This document shows positions 38,586 through 47,635 of a stretch of 64,000 bases of DNA, piece by piece. Position 1 is the first letter of the stretch. Each line of letters opens with the position of its first letter. The translations under genes were made by a program, and so were the position numbers. The notes under the pieces are model-generated. The model was not told the DNA's origin and ran no database searches. It saw nothing but the letters and a program-made list of their open reading frames with translations. The stretch spans positions 86,452 to 150,451 of the forward strand of contig CALSPX010000015.1 in assembly GCA_943788345.1 (NCBI GenBank). The letters run 5' to 3'. The stretch comes from an uncultured Rhodobacteraceae bacterium (lineage in GTDB: Bacteria; Pseudomonadota; Alphaproteobacteria; Rhodobacterales; Rhodobacteraceae).

Positions 38586-40556
38586 TTGTCGAAGACGCTT
38601 GATGGCGCTGGAGGATTAATATCCGTTCCAGCACTTTTGCACCGCAACGCAACTCAGTTTGGGTCCGCTCCTGCGTACCGTGAAAAAGAGTTTGGAATTT
38701 GGCAAAGTTGGACATGGTCACAGACCAATGACGAGATCGAGGCACTTGCCTTAGGTCTGCTTGATCTTGGTGTGGCTGAGGGCGATTTCATTGCAGTCAT
38801 CGGGCGCAACCGTCCGTATTTGTATTGGTCAATGATGGCTGCACAAATGGTCGGGGCCGTTCCGGTGCCTTTGTACCAAGACGCATCTGCCGAAGAGATG
38901 GCATATACAATGAGTCATTGTGGGGCGCGTTTTGTGATCGCTGGTGATCAGGAACAAGTCGACAAGGTCATGGAAATCCAAGGCGAACTTACTGAATTTG
39001 AAGCGATGATTTACCTCGATCCTCGGGGTCTTCGCAAATACGATAGTGCAAAGCTAACGCAATATAGTGCAGTTCAAGAAGCGGGGCGCTCAAAGCGCGC
39101 GGCACTAGAGCCAGAGATGAAGGCACGTATTGCAAAGCTAAATTACGACAGCACCTGTGTGATGCTTTACACCTCTGGCACCACGGGAAAACCAAAGGGC
39201 GTTGTTCTGTCCAATCGCAATGTGATTGAGACGGCCAAGTCCTCATCCGAATTTGATGACTTGCGCCAAACTGATGACATTTTGGCATACCTGCCCATGG
39301 CATGGGTTGGCGATTTTATCTTTTCTGTGGGTCAAGCACTGTGGTGTGGTTTCTGTACGAACTGCCCTGAAAGTGCAGATACAATGCACACGGATTTGCG
39401 TGAAATTGGGCCAACTTACTATTTTGCCCCACCCCGTGTTTTTGAAAATCAGCTGACCAATGTGATGATCCGCATGGAAGACGCGAGCCCGATGAAGAAG
39501 CGGTTGTTCGATTACTTCATGGGCGTTGCGCGCAAGGTCGGACCGTCCATTTTGGATGGAAATCCTGTGAACCTGATCGACCGGATTAAGTACCAGTTGG
39601 GTGAATTTGCAATCTACGGCCCGTTGAAAAACACACTTGGCTTTAGCCGTGTGCGGGTGGGTTACACGGCGGGTGAGGCGATTGGACCAGAGATCTTTGA
39701 TTTCTACCGATCTCTTGGGATCAACTTAAAGCAGCTATACGGCCAGACAGAGGCGACAGTGTTTATCACGGCGCAACCTGATGGTGAGGTGCGTTCTGAT
39801 ACCGTTGGCGTGACGTGCCCAGGTGTGGAGTTGAAGATCGCTGAAAACGGTGAGGTCTTTTATCGTAGCCCAGGCGTTTTTGTTGAGTACTACAAGAACG
39901 CAGAAAGCACAGCAGACACCAAGGATGCTGAAGGTTGGGTGGCGACGGGTGACGCTGGGTTCATTGAAGAAAGCAGCGGACACTTGCGGATTATTGATCG
40001 CGCAAAAGACGTTGGGCAGACCGGAAACGGCAACATGTTTGCGCCTAAGTATGTTGAGAATAAACTGAAGTTCTTTCCGAATATTCTGGAAACGGTCGTT
40101 TTCGGAAATGGCAAACCCTATTGCACAGCTTTCGTGAATATCGATCTGACTGCTGTTGGTAACTGGGCTGAGCGCAACAACATTGCATATGCATCCTACC
40201 AAGAGTTGGCTGGTCACCCAGAGGTGTTGGCGACTATCCAGTCACATGTTGAAGAGGTTAATGCCTCAGTTGCGCAGGACGCGATGTTGTCTGACTGTCA
40301 GGTGCACCGTTTTGTTGTTTTGCACAAACAATTGGATGCCGATGACGGCGAATTAACACGTACGCAAAAAGTACGGCGTCGCATTATCGAGGAAAAGTTC
40401 TCAGATATTATTAACGCGATGTACGATGGGTCCGATACGATCTCGACCACCACAGAAGTGACCTATGAAGACGGCCGTAAGGGCGCGATTTCTGCGACCT
40501 TGGATATTCGTGATGCGGCGGTTCAAACCGTCGGCGCAAAGATTGCAGCACAATGA
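38586..40556 (+). CDS. Long-chain acyl-CoA synthetase (AMP-binding enzyme)
   Basis: YTSGTTGKPKG, YGQTE, TGDAG, IIDRAKD; GGAGGAG RBS before TTG 38586. Confidence 0.9.
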   Translation: MSKTLDGAGGLISVPALLHRNATQFGSAPAYREKEFGIWQSWTWSQTNDEIEALALGLLDLGVAEGDFIAVIGRNRPYLYWSMMAAQMVGAVPVPLYQDASAEEMAYTMSHCGARFVIAGDQEQVDKVMEIQGELTEFEAMIYLDPRGLRKYDSAKLTQYSAVQEAGRSKRAALEPEMKARIAKLNYDSTCVMLYTSGTTGKPKGVVLSNRNVIETAKSSSEFDDLRQTDDILAYLPMAWVGDFIFSVGQALWCGFCTNCPESADTMHTDLREIGPTYYFAPPRVFENQLTNVMIRMEDASPMKKRLFDYFMGVARKVGPSILDGNPVNLIDRIKYQLGEFAIYGPLKNTLGFSRVRVGYTAGEAIGPEIFDFYRSLGINLKQLYGQTEATVFITAQPDGEVRSDTVGVTCPGVELKIAENGEVFYRSPGVFVEYYKNAESTADTKDAEGWVATGDAGFIEESSGHLRIIDRAKDVGQTGNGNMFAPKYVENKLKFFPNILETVVFGNGKPYCTAFVNIDLTAVGNWAERNNIAYASYQELAGHPEVLATIQSHVEEVNASVAQDAMLSDCQVHRFVVLHKQLDADDGELTRTQKVRRRIIEEKFSDIINAMYDGSDTISTTTEVTYEDGRKGAISATLDIRDAAVQTVGAKIAAQ

Positions 40557-40584
40557 GTGTTGTGAGTGCAGGAGCCTGCGGCGC

Positions 40585-40606
40585 GAGTTTATTTGGTAAG
40601 ATGAAG
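40585..40606 (+). repeat. Dispersed intergenic repeat, copy 2
   Basis: GAGTTTATTTGGTAAGATGAAG, preceded by GGAGCCTGCGGCGC. Confidence 0.75.
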
Positions 40607-40619
40607 ATGGGACGTTTCA

Positions 40620-41441
40620 ATGCTTGATCAAGCTGATGGATACATGACAGCCGACGGTCGCCAGATCGGTCCAGTTGTTATGGAGATGAAGAATATTACC
40701 CTTAGGTTTGGGGGTGTTGAGGCGATCAAGAATATCTCCTTTGACATTCGGGAAGGCGAAGTGCGTGCCATCATTGGTCCCAATGGTGCTGGCAAATCTT
40801 CGATGCTGAATGTCATCTCCGGGTTTTACGTCCCTCAGGATGGGCAGGTTTTGTACAAGGGTGTGCAGCGCCCACAGATGCGTCCCTATCAAGTTGCACA
40901 ACAAGGGATCGCGCGGACGTTTCAAAACATCGCCTTGTTTGAAGGCATGAGTGTTTTGGACAATGTGATGACCGGTCGATTGACCCATATGAAAACGGGT
41001 ATGTTTTCCCAAGCTTTGTGGAAGGGTCGCGCGGAAAAAGAAGAGACAGCGAACCGTGAAGTTGCTGAAAGAATTATCGATTTTCTCGAAATCCAAGCGA
41101 TCCGCAAGACGCCGGTTGCGCGTTTGCCCTACGGTTTGAAGAAGCGTGTAGAGTTGGCCCGTGCACTGGCTGCTGAGCCATCATTGCTGCTTTTGGATGA
41201 ACCGATGGCGGGGATGAACGTTGAGGAAAAAGAGGACATGAGCCGCTTTATCCTATCAATGAACGACGAATTCGGCACCACGATTGCCCTGATCGAACAC
41301 GACATGGGCGTGGTCATGGACCTGTCAGATCGCGTTGTTGTTATGGACTATGGCAAGAAAATTGGGGACGGGACACCAGATGAGGTGCGCAATAACCAAG
41401 CTGTGATTGATGCGTATTTGGGTGTGGCTCATGATGAATAA
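40620..41441 (+). CDS. ABC transporter ATP-binding protein (LivG-like)
   Basis: GPNGAGKS, IARTFQN, LLLLDEPMAG, LIEHDM. Confidence 0.92.
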   Translation: MLDQADGYMTADGRQIGPVVMEMKNITLRFGGVEAIKNISFDIREGEVRAIIGPNGAGKSSMLNVISGFYVPQDGQVLYKGVQRPQMRPYQVAQQGIARTFQNIALFEGMSVLDNVMTGRLTHMKTGMFSQALWKGRAEKEETANREVAERIIDFLEIQAIRKTPVARLPYGLKKRVELARALAAEPSLLLLDEPMAGMNVEEKEDMSRFILSMNDEFGTTIALIEHDMGVVMDLSDRVVVMDYGKKIGDGTPDEVRNNQAVIDAYLGVAHDE

Positions 41442-41458
41442 ATCAGTCCAAAAACCAC

Positions 41459-41497
41459 GTCGGTATAACGTCGGTATTGTGTCGGTATTGCGTCGGT
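41459..41497 (+). repeat. Four tandem direct repeats with 11-bp period (GTCGGT core)
   Basis: GTCGGT starts at 41459, 41470, 41481 and 41492. Confidence 0.85.
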
Positions 41498-41542
41498 GCG
41501 CCAAGGGCGCGTCCCTAAATGTCAAAATGAGAGGGGCGCGAT

Positions 41543-42544
41543 ATGCCTACTGATCTTTTATACGGGGCCGAAGTAGTCCTGAACGGTTTGATGGCTGGTG
41601 TTCTTTATGCGCTCGTCGCGTTGGGATTTGTTTTGATCTACAAAGCCTCTGGCATTTTCAACTATGCCCAAGGCGTCATGGCGCTGTTTGCTGCGCTGAC
41701 CCTTGTTGGGATCATGGAAGGTCAGGTGCCGTTTTCGCATCTTATCAACGCAGCCTTCGGCACGGATATTCACCACTTTGGTTGGCATGTTCCTGCCTTT
41801 GCGGCGATCCTACTCACGCTGGCGTTGATGGTGGGGTTTGCCTATCTTGTTCAGCGCTTTGTGTTCCGTCATTTGGTTGGCCAAGAACCAATCATCTTGT
41901 TCATGGCAACCATTGGATTGGCCTACTTCCTTGAGGGTGTTGGCGATTTGATGTGGGGGTCCGAGATCAAGAAGATGGCCGTTGGCCTGCCGCAAGGTGG
42001 TAGCCTTTGGGTCGAAGAGAACACTCAGTGGCTGGGTTTTGGCAACGAGGATTTCTATGGCTTCTTTATCGACAAGCTAGACATGGTTGCGACTGTGATT
42101 GCTGTGGTTCTGGTTTTGGCATTGGTTGCTTTCAGCCAGTACACAAAACAAGGCCGCGCGATGCGTGCGGTGGCCGATGATCACCAAGCAGCCCTATCGG
42201 TTGGTGTGTCGCTGAATTTCATCTGGATCTTAGTGTGGTCACTGGCGGGTTTTGTCGCCTTGGTTGCGGGTATCATGTGGGGCGCTAAGTCTGGCGTTCA
42301 GTTTTCCCTATCTTTGATCGCACTGAAGGCATTGCCGGTTTTGATGCTGGGTGGTTTCACGTCGATCCCTGGTGCGATTGTTGGCGGCTTGATCATCGGT
42401 GTGGGCGAGAAATTGTTTGAGTTCTCGTTTGGTCCGATGTTGGGCGGCGCGACAGAAAACTGGTTTGCATATGTACTTGCGTTGGTTTTCTTGGTGTTCC
42501 GTCCCCAAGGTCTGTTTGGGGAGAAGATCATTGAACGTGTGTGA
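41543..42544 (+). CDS. ABC transporter permease (LivH-like)
   Basis: YALVALGFVLIY, NYAQG, GRAMRAVADD, LGGFTSIPGAIVGG, LVFRPQGLFG. Confidence 0.92.
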   Translation: MPTDLLYGAEVVLNGLMAGVLYALVALGFVLIYKASGIFNYAQGVMALFAALTLVGIMEGQVPFSHLINAAFGTDIHHFGWHVPAFAAILLTLALMVGFAYLVQRFVFRHLVGQEPIILFMATIGLAYFLEGVGDLMWGSEIKKMAVGLPQGGSLWVEENTQWLGFGNEDFYGFFIDKLDMVATVIAVVLVLALVAFSQYTKQGRAMRAVADDHQAALSVGVSLNFIWILVWSLAGFVALVAGIMWGAKSGVQFSLSLIALKALPVLMLGGFTSIPGAIVGGLIIGVGEKLFEFSFGPMLGGATENWFAYVLALVFLVFRPQGLFGEKIIERV

Positions 42545-42871
42545 TCAATCCAGCGCTGTAAACAGCTTGATCGTGAATGCGGCAAGTACGGTTATACCCA
42601 GTGTTGATGCAATGGCGATGTTGCCTGTGATGGCCCAGGTTGCTGTGGCGTACAACACGGCAGCGACCAACCACAACAGCGACGTATCCCACAAGGTATC
42701 TGACCTTGGTGCGGATCGTTCAACCACTGTGAAATCAGTTTCCAATGCGTCTGGAACACTGTCCAAGATCGCGGCCTTCTGTTTGTCGAACTCAGCTTGG
42801 GACAACGCGCCACTGACGCGTTTGGCCTCAAGCAGCCGCAAATCGTTGAATATTGTCGACATGGATCCCAC
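42545..42871 (-). CDS. Small SHOCT-domain membrane protein
   Basis: N-terminal LRLLEAKRVSGALSQAEFDKQKAAIL (SHOCT pattern) plus two C-terminal TM helices. Confidence 0.7.
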   Translation of the reverse strand: MGSMSTIFNDLRLLEAKRVSGALSQAEFDKQKAAILDSVPDALETDFTVVERSAPRSDTLWDTSLLWLVAAVLYATATWAITGNIAIASTLGITVLAAFTIKLFTALD

Positions 42872-43006
42872 TCCGTTTTCTCACGGAATGTGTCGCATCG
42901 GAAATTGGGCAGAATGTGGCAAAACGCTGAAAAGTGAATTGCTGGTTAACGCCGCGTTGAAAACTAATGAAAACGGATCGCGTGTCGCGGTTTGGGGAGC
43001 ACACTA

Positions 43007-44083
43007 ATGTTTTATCGTGAAGCTGGCGATTTCAGCACATCCTATCCCGAAGACAGCCAAACCTTTCCAATCCGGTTTGATCGCTATCGTTATTATTTGG
43101 TCCTGTTTGTTGCGATCTTCGTGATCCCATTCACAATCAATGACTATTGGGTAAATTCGATTTTCCTACCGTTCTTGATCTACGCGATCGCTGCAATCGG
43201 CCTGAACATTCTAGTTGGCTATTGTGGTCAGGTTTCCTTGGGCACAGGTGGTTTCATGGCTGTGGGGGCGTATGCCTGTTACAAGTTGATGACCTCGTTT
43301 CCCGAAGTCAGCATGTTAATCCATGTCTTAATCGCGGGTCTGATCACGGCGGGTGTTGGCGTCTTGTTCGGTCTGCCAAGTTTGCGGATCAAAGGTTTCT
43401 ATTTGGCGGTGGCCACCTTGGCGGCACAGTTTTTCCTCGTTTGGTTATTCAACCGTGTACCGTGGTTCTACAACTACTCGGCGTCTGGCCAAATCTCGGC
43501 TCCTGAGCGCACAGTTTTTGGGATTGAGATCACAGGTCCGAATACAGAAGCATGGGCGACCTATTTGTTCTGTCTGGCCTTTGTTATCTTCAGCGCGGTT
43601 ATTGCGCGTAACCTTACGCGCGGTGCTTTTGGTCGCAAATGGATGGCCATTCGTGATATGGATATTGCCGCGGAAATCATCGGGGTGAACCCGTTGATGG
43701 CAAAGCTAAGCGCGTTTGCTGTTAGCTCGTTCTTTATCGGTATTTCAGGTGCGCTGTTCTTTGCAGTGTATTTGGGCGCGGTTGAAGTGGGCGAGGCCTT
43801 TGGCATCACCAAATCATTCACCGTTTTGTTCATGATCATCATTGGCGGCCTCGGATCGATCTTTGGATCCTTCGCCGGTGCTGCGTTCTTGGTGGTCTTG
43901 CCGGTTGTTCTGAAATTGGTTGGCGTGGACTGGTTGGGTTGGCCAACAGACATCGTTGCCCACTTGCAGTTGGTAATCGTCGGTGCGTTGATCGTGATCT
44001 TCTTGATCGCAGAACCGCATGGTCTGGCGCAGCTTTGGCGTGTTGCCAAAGACAAATTGAGATTGTGGCCCTTCCCACACTAG
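43007..44083 (+). CDS. ABC transporter permease (LivM-like)
   Basis: GLNILVGYCGQVSLG, LRIKGFYLAVATLA, AIRDMDIAA, IGGLGS. Confidence 0.92.
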   Translation: MFYREAGDFSTSYPEDSQTFPIRFDRYRYYLVLFVAIFVIPFTINDYWVNSIFLPFLIYAIAAIGLNILVGYCGQVSLGTGGFMAVGAYACYKLMTSFPEVSMLIHVLIAGLITAGVGVLFGLPSLRIKGFYLAVATLAAQFFLVWLFNRVPWFYNYSASGQISAPERTVFGIEITGPNTEAWATYLFCLAFVIFSAVIARNLTRGAFGRKWMAIRDMDIAAEIIGVNPLMAKLSAFAVSSFFIGISGALFFAVYLGAVEVGEAFGITKSFTVLFMIIIGGLGSIFGSFAGAAFLVVLPVVLKLVGVDWLGWPTDIVAHLQLVIVGALIVIFLIAEPHGLAQLWRVAKDKLRLWPFPH

Positions 44084-44175
44084 TGGGGCGGCTACCAATA
44101 ATGGCGGGAAAAACCCTGCTCAACGAACGCTGGTCAACGCCAGCACATATCGAAAAATCCAGGGAGGAAAAATCG

Positions 44176-45453
44176 ATGAAAATGAAACTAGGAACAATGG
44201 CAGTCGCCGCCGTAATGGCAGCAAGCCCAGTTATGGCGGACCTTGTGTTCCCATCACTAAGCTATCGCACGGGTCCATATGCTGCTGGCGGTATTCCGTT
44301 TGCTGATGGCTATGCGGATTACTTCAACTTGTTGAACGCACGTGATGGCGGCATTGGTGGCGTTATGACGTCTGTGCCAGAATGTGAGACAGGCTATAAC
44401 ACTGAAAAAGGTGTTGAGTGCTACGAGTCTACAAAAGGCGAAGGCGCGCTTGTGTATCAACCGCTGTCTACAGGCATCACATATCAGTTGATCCCAAAAG
44501 CGACTGCTGATGGCATTCCAATCCACTCAATGGGTTATGGCCGTACGTCTGCTGCGAATGGCGATGTTTTCTCAAACGTCTTCAACTATCCGGCAAACTA
44601 CTGGAACGGTGCGTCTGGTGCGATCAACTATCTGATGTCTCAAGGCGACATCGCGGGTAAGAAAATCGCGCTTGTGTATCACAACTCTGCTTACGGCAAA
44701 GAGCCGATCCGCACATTGGAAGAGCTGTCTAAAAAGCACGGTTTTGAACTGACATTGTTGCCAGTTGATCACCCGGGCCAAGAGCAGAAATCACAGTGGC
44801 TACAAATCCGTCGTGAGAAGCCTGACAATGTCATCATGTATGGCTGGGGCGTTATGAACCAAGTTGCGGTTCAAGAAGCTGCAAACATCCGTTACCCAAT
44901 GGAAGACTTCATCGGTGTCTGGTGGTCAGGTTCTGAGAACGACGTTCTTCCTGCAGGCGATGCAGCCAATGGCTACAAAGCATTGACGTTCCACGGTGTT
45001 GGTAATGACTTCCCTGTCTTTGCAGACATTCAGAAGTACGTTGTAGACGCAGGCAATGCGGCTGGTGCTGGCGACCAAATCGGTACGGTTCTTTATAACC
45101 GCGGTTTGTATGCGGCTATGTTGGCAGCAGAAGCTGCGAAAACAGCACAAGAAATCCACGGCACTGCAGACATCACAGCGGCGATGATGCGTGACGGGAT
45201 GGAAGCGTTGGAAATCACTGAAGCGAAGATGGCGGCCCTTGGTCTTCCAGGCTTTGGTCCAGAGTTCAACGTATCCTGTGCCAACCACGGTGGTCCGGGT
45301 CTTGTTGGTATGACCCAGTGGGATGCATCTGCGAAAACTTGGTCTTTGATCAACGAATTCGCACCATCTGACATGGATGTCATTCAGCCATTGATCGATG
45401 AAGATTCTGCAGCCTATGCGGCAGAAAACAACATCGCATCTAGCTGTAAGTAA
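44176..45453 (+). CDS. ABC transporter substrate-binding protein (Liv/PBP1 type)
   Basis: GGGAGG RBS, signal peptide ending in VMA, SYRTGPYA, ECETGY, YHNSAYGKEP. Confidence 0.9.
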   Translation: MKMKLGTMAVAAVMAASPVMADLVFPSLSYRTGPYAAGGIPFADGYADYFNLLNARDGGIGGVMTSVPECETGYNTEKGVECYESTKGEGALVYQPLSTGITYQLIPKATADGIPIHSMGYGRTSAANGDVFSNVFNYPANYWNGASGAINYLMSQGDIAGKKIALVYHNSAYGKEPIRTLEELSKKHGFELTLLPVDHPGQEQKSQWLQIRREKPDNVIMYGWGVMNQVAVQEAANIRYPMEDFIGVWWSGSENDVLPAGDAANGYKALTFHGVGNDFPVFADIQKYVVDAGNAAGAGDQIGTVLYNRGLYAAMLAAEAAKTAQEIHGTADITAAMMRDGMEALEITEAKMAALGLPGFGPEFNVSCANHGGPGLVGMTQWDASAKTWSLINEFAPSDMDVIQPLIDEDSAAYAAENNIASSCK

Positions 45454-45463
45454 GCTGACTATT

Positions 45464-45488
45464 CTGGCGGCGCTTTTGGTGCCGCCAG
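45464..45488 (+). other. Intercistronic hairpin after the substrate-binding protein gene
   Basis: CTGGCGGCGC-TTTTG-GTGCCGCCAG with no long U tract; probably stabilises the upstream mRNA segment (inference). Confidence 0.6.
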
Positions 45489-45524
45489 TTCCCCCAGAAT
45501 TTTTGCAACAATGAAGTGAACCTT

Positions 45525-46349
45525 ATGTTGGACAGCGGACAAGACACTGAGACCCTACTAGAGGTCAACAACATCGAAGTGATCTATAATAGCGTGATCC
45601 TTGTGCTGAAGGGCGTCAGCCTATCGGTTCCCAAGGGCGGTATTACGGCATTGTTGGGCGGCAACGGTGCGGGCAAGACGACCACACTGAAAGCAATCTC
45701 AAACCTTTTGGCGTCAGAGCGTGGTGAAGTGACCAAAGGCTCCGTCAAATATCGTGGTGAGGATGTTCATGAAACTGATCCCGCCGACATGGTGAAACGT
45801 GGTGTGGTTCAGGTGATGGAAGGTCGTCACTGTTTTGAACACCTCACGATCGAGGAAAACCTGCTGACGGGTGCGTATACGCGTAAGGATGGTAAGGGCG
45901 CGATCGCGGCGGATCTTGAGATGGTGTATAACTATTTCCCGCGTCTGCGCGAACGGCGCAAATCCCAAGCGGGCTATACCTCGGGTGGTGAGCAACAAAT
46001 GTGTGCGATTGGCCGCGCTTTGATGTCCCGCCCTGAAACGATCCTTTTGGACGAACCATCCATGGGTCTGGCCCCACAGTTGGTGGAACAGATTTTCGGT
46101 ATCGTGAAGTCCATTAACGAAAGCGAAGGCGTGTCGTTCTTATTGGCTGAGCAGAACACCAACGTGGCTTTACGCTTCGCCCACTATGGCTACATTTTGG
46201 AATCTGGTCGCGTTGTTATGGATGGTCCTGCTGCTGAATTGCGCGAGAACCCAGATGTGAAGGAATTCTATTTGGGCATGTCTGATGATGGACGCAAATC
46301 GTTCCGTGATGTGCGGTCGTATCGCCGTCGTAAGCGTTGGTTGAGCTGA
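45525..46349 (+). CDS. ABC transporter ATP-binding protein (LivF-like)
   Basis: GGNGAGKTT, SGGEQQM, LLDEPSMGLAP, AEQN. Confidence 0.92.
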   Translation: MLDSGQDTETLLEVNNIEVIYNSVILVLKGVSLSVPKGGITALLGGNGAGKTTTLKAISNLLASERGEVTKGSVKYRGEDVHETDPADMVKRGVVQVMEGRHCFEHLTIEENLLTGAYTRKDGKGAIAADLEMVYNYFPRLRERRKSQAGYTSGGEQQMCAIGRALMSRPETILLDEPSMGLAPQLVEQIFGIVKSINESEGVSFLLAEQNTNVALRFAHYGYILESGRVVMDGPAAELRENPDVKEFYLGMSDDGRKSFRDVRSYRRRKRWLS

Positions 46350-46389
46350 TACGCCACGCCCTTTGAACCCCCAGTTGGATACGATTTTG

Positions 46390-47589
46390 ATGACCACATT
46401 TTACGACGATCTAGAAACACGCAGCGCCGACCAGCGCGAGGCCGATCAGTTGGCCGCGCTGAACGGTCAACTGGCGCGTATCGCAGGTCATGGTGGCACA
46501 TCGGTGTCAGATGCTGACAAACTGTTGGATCTGTCAGGATTGGCGACACTCCCTGTGTTGCGCAAATCTGATCTGGCAAAGTGGCAGTCTGAAAAGCCGC
46601 CCTTTGGTGGTATGCCCGTCTCTAACGTGGCGCATGTTTTTCAATCTCCCGGTCCGATTTATGAACCGGGTGGCATTACCCACGATTGGTGGCGCATGGG
46701 TCGTTTCCTGCATGCTGCGGGATTTGGCAAAGACGATATTGTGCAGAACTGTTTTGGGTATCACCTGACACCTGCAGGTATGATTTTCGAATCCGGCGCA
46801 CGGGCTGTTGGGGCGACCGTTCTGCCGGCGGGCACTGGGCAGACTGAACTTCAAGTTACGGCGGCCCATGATGTGGGCACGACTGCTTATGCTGGGACAC
46901 CTGATTATCTGAAGGTGATTTTGGACAAAGCCGATCAAATGGGTGTGACCCTTGGTTTTACCAAAGCGGCTGTTGGTGGCGGTGCGTTGTTCCCGTCCTT
47001 GCGTCAGGAATATGCGGACCGTGGCATTGCATGTTTACAGTCGTACGCAACAGCAGATGTTGGAAATATCGCGTATGAGAGTGCCGCGATGGAAGGTATG
47101 ATTTTAGACGAGCAAATCATCGTTGAGATTGTCATTCCTGGCACCGGCACACCTGTGTTCCCTGGTGAAATTGGTGAGGTTCTTGTGACCTCATTGAACC
47201 CAGATTATCCACTAATCCGCTTTGCCACCGGTGACATGAGCGCTGTTATGGCAGGGCAATCACCATGTGGTCGCACGAACACCCGTATCAAAGGTTGGAT
47301 GGGCCGCGCCGATCAAACGACCAAGATTAAGGGTATGTTTGTACGCCCCGAACAGGTTGCTGCCTTTGTTTCACGTCACGAGGAAGTGGACCGCGCGCGT
47401 GTAATTGCATCGCGTGAAGGCGAACAAGACATCCTGACGGTTCAGGTGGAATGCGATGGCGGTGACGCGGATGCATATGCCGCCAGCGTCGTCGATACGA
47501 TGAAGATGAAGGGCAAGGTTGTGGTCTGCGATCTTGGTACTTTGCCGCGTGATGGATTGGTGATCGAGGACCAGCGCACCTACGAGTGA
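46390..47589 (+). CDS. Phenylacetate-CoA ligase (PaaK)-like protein
   Basis: SPGPIYEP, YHLTPAG, GTPDYL, YPLIRFATGD, GRADQTTKIKGMFV. Confidence 0.82.
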   Translation: MTTFYDDLETRSADQREADQLAALNGQLARIAGHGGTSVSDADKLLDLSGLATLPVLRKSDLAKWQSEKPPFGGMPVSNVAHVFQSPGPIYEPGGITHDWWRMGRFLHAAGFGKDDIVQNCFGYHLTPAGMIFESGARAVGATVLPAGTGQTELQVTAAHDVGTTAYAGTPDYLKVILDKADQMGVTLGFTKAAVGGGALFPSLRQEYADRGIACLQSYATADVGNIAYESAAMEGMILDEQIIVEIVIPGTGTPVFPGEIGEVLVTSLNPDYPLIRFATGDMSAVMAGQSPCGRTNTRIKGWMGRADQTTKIKGMFVRPEQVAAFVSRHEEVDRARVIASREGEQDILTVQVECDGGDADAYAASVVDTMKMKGKVVVCDLGTLPRDGLVIEDQRTYE

Positions 47590-47607
47590 TATGTCGCACT
47601 GGATTTC

Positions 47608-47624
47608 CTGAGTGAATTAGTCGT
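47608..47624. promoter_or_regulatory. Candidate iron-responsive operator (Iron-Rhodo box / IscR type)
   Basis: CTGAGTGAATTAGTCGT resembles the recalled Rhodobacteraceae motif cTGActrawtyagTCAg; 11 nt before an iron permease start. Confidence 0.55.
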
Positions 47625-47635
47625 AATAGACCTTA

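Noticed and set aside
41459-41502. CRISPR array or plasmid iterons
   Set aside because: Units are 11 bp with no spacer-sized unique sequence, and no cas or rep gene is nearby.
42399-43007. 202-aa plus-strand ORF and other long overlapping ORFs (e.g. 5068-5739, 6975-7589, 28055-28594)
   Set aside because: They are shadow frames of well-supported genes and show no recognisable motifs.
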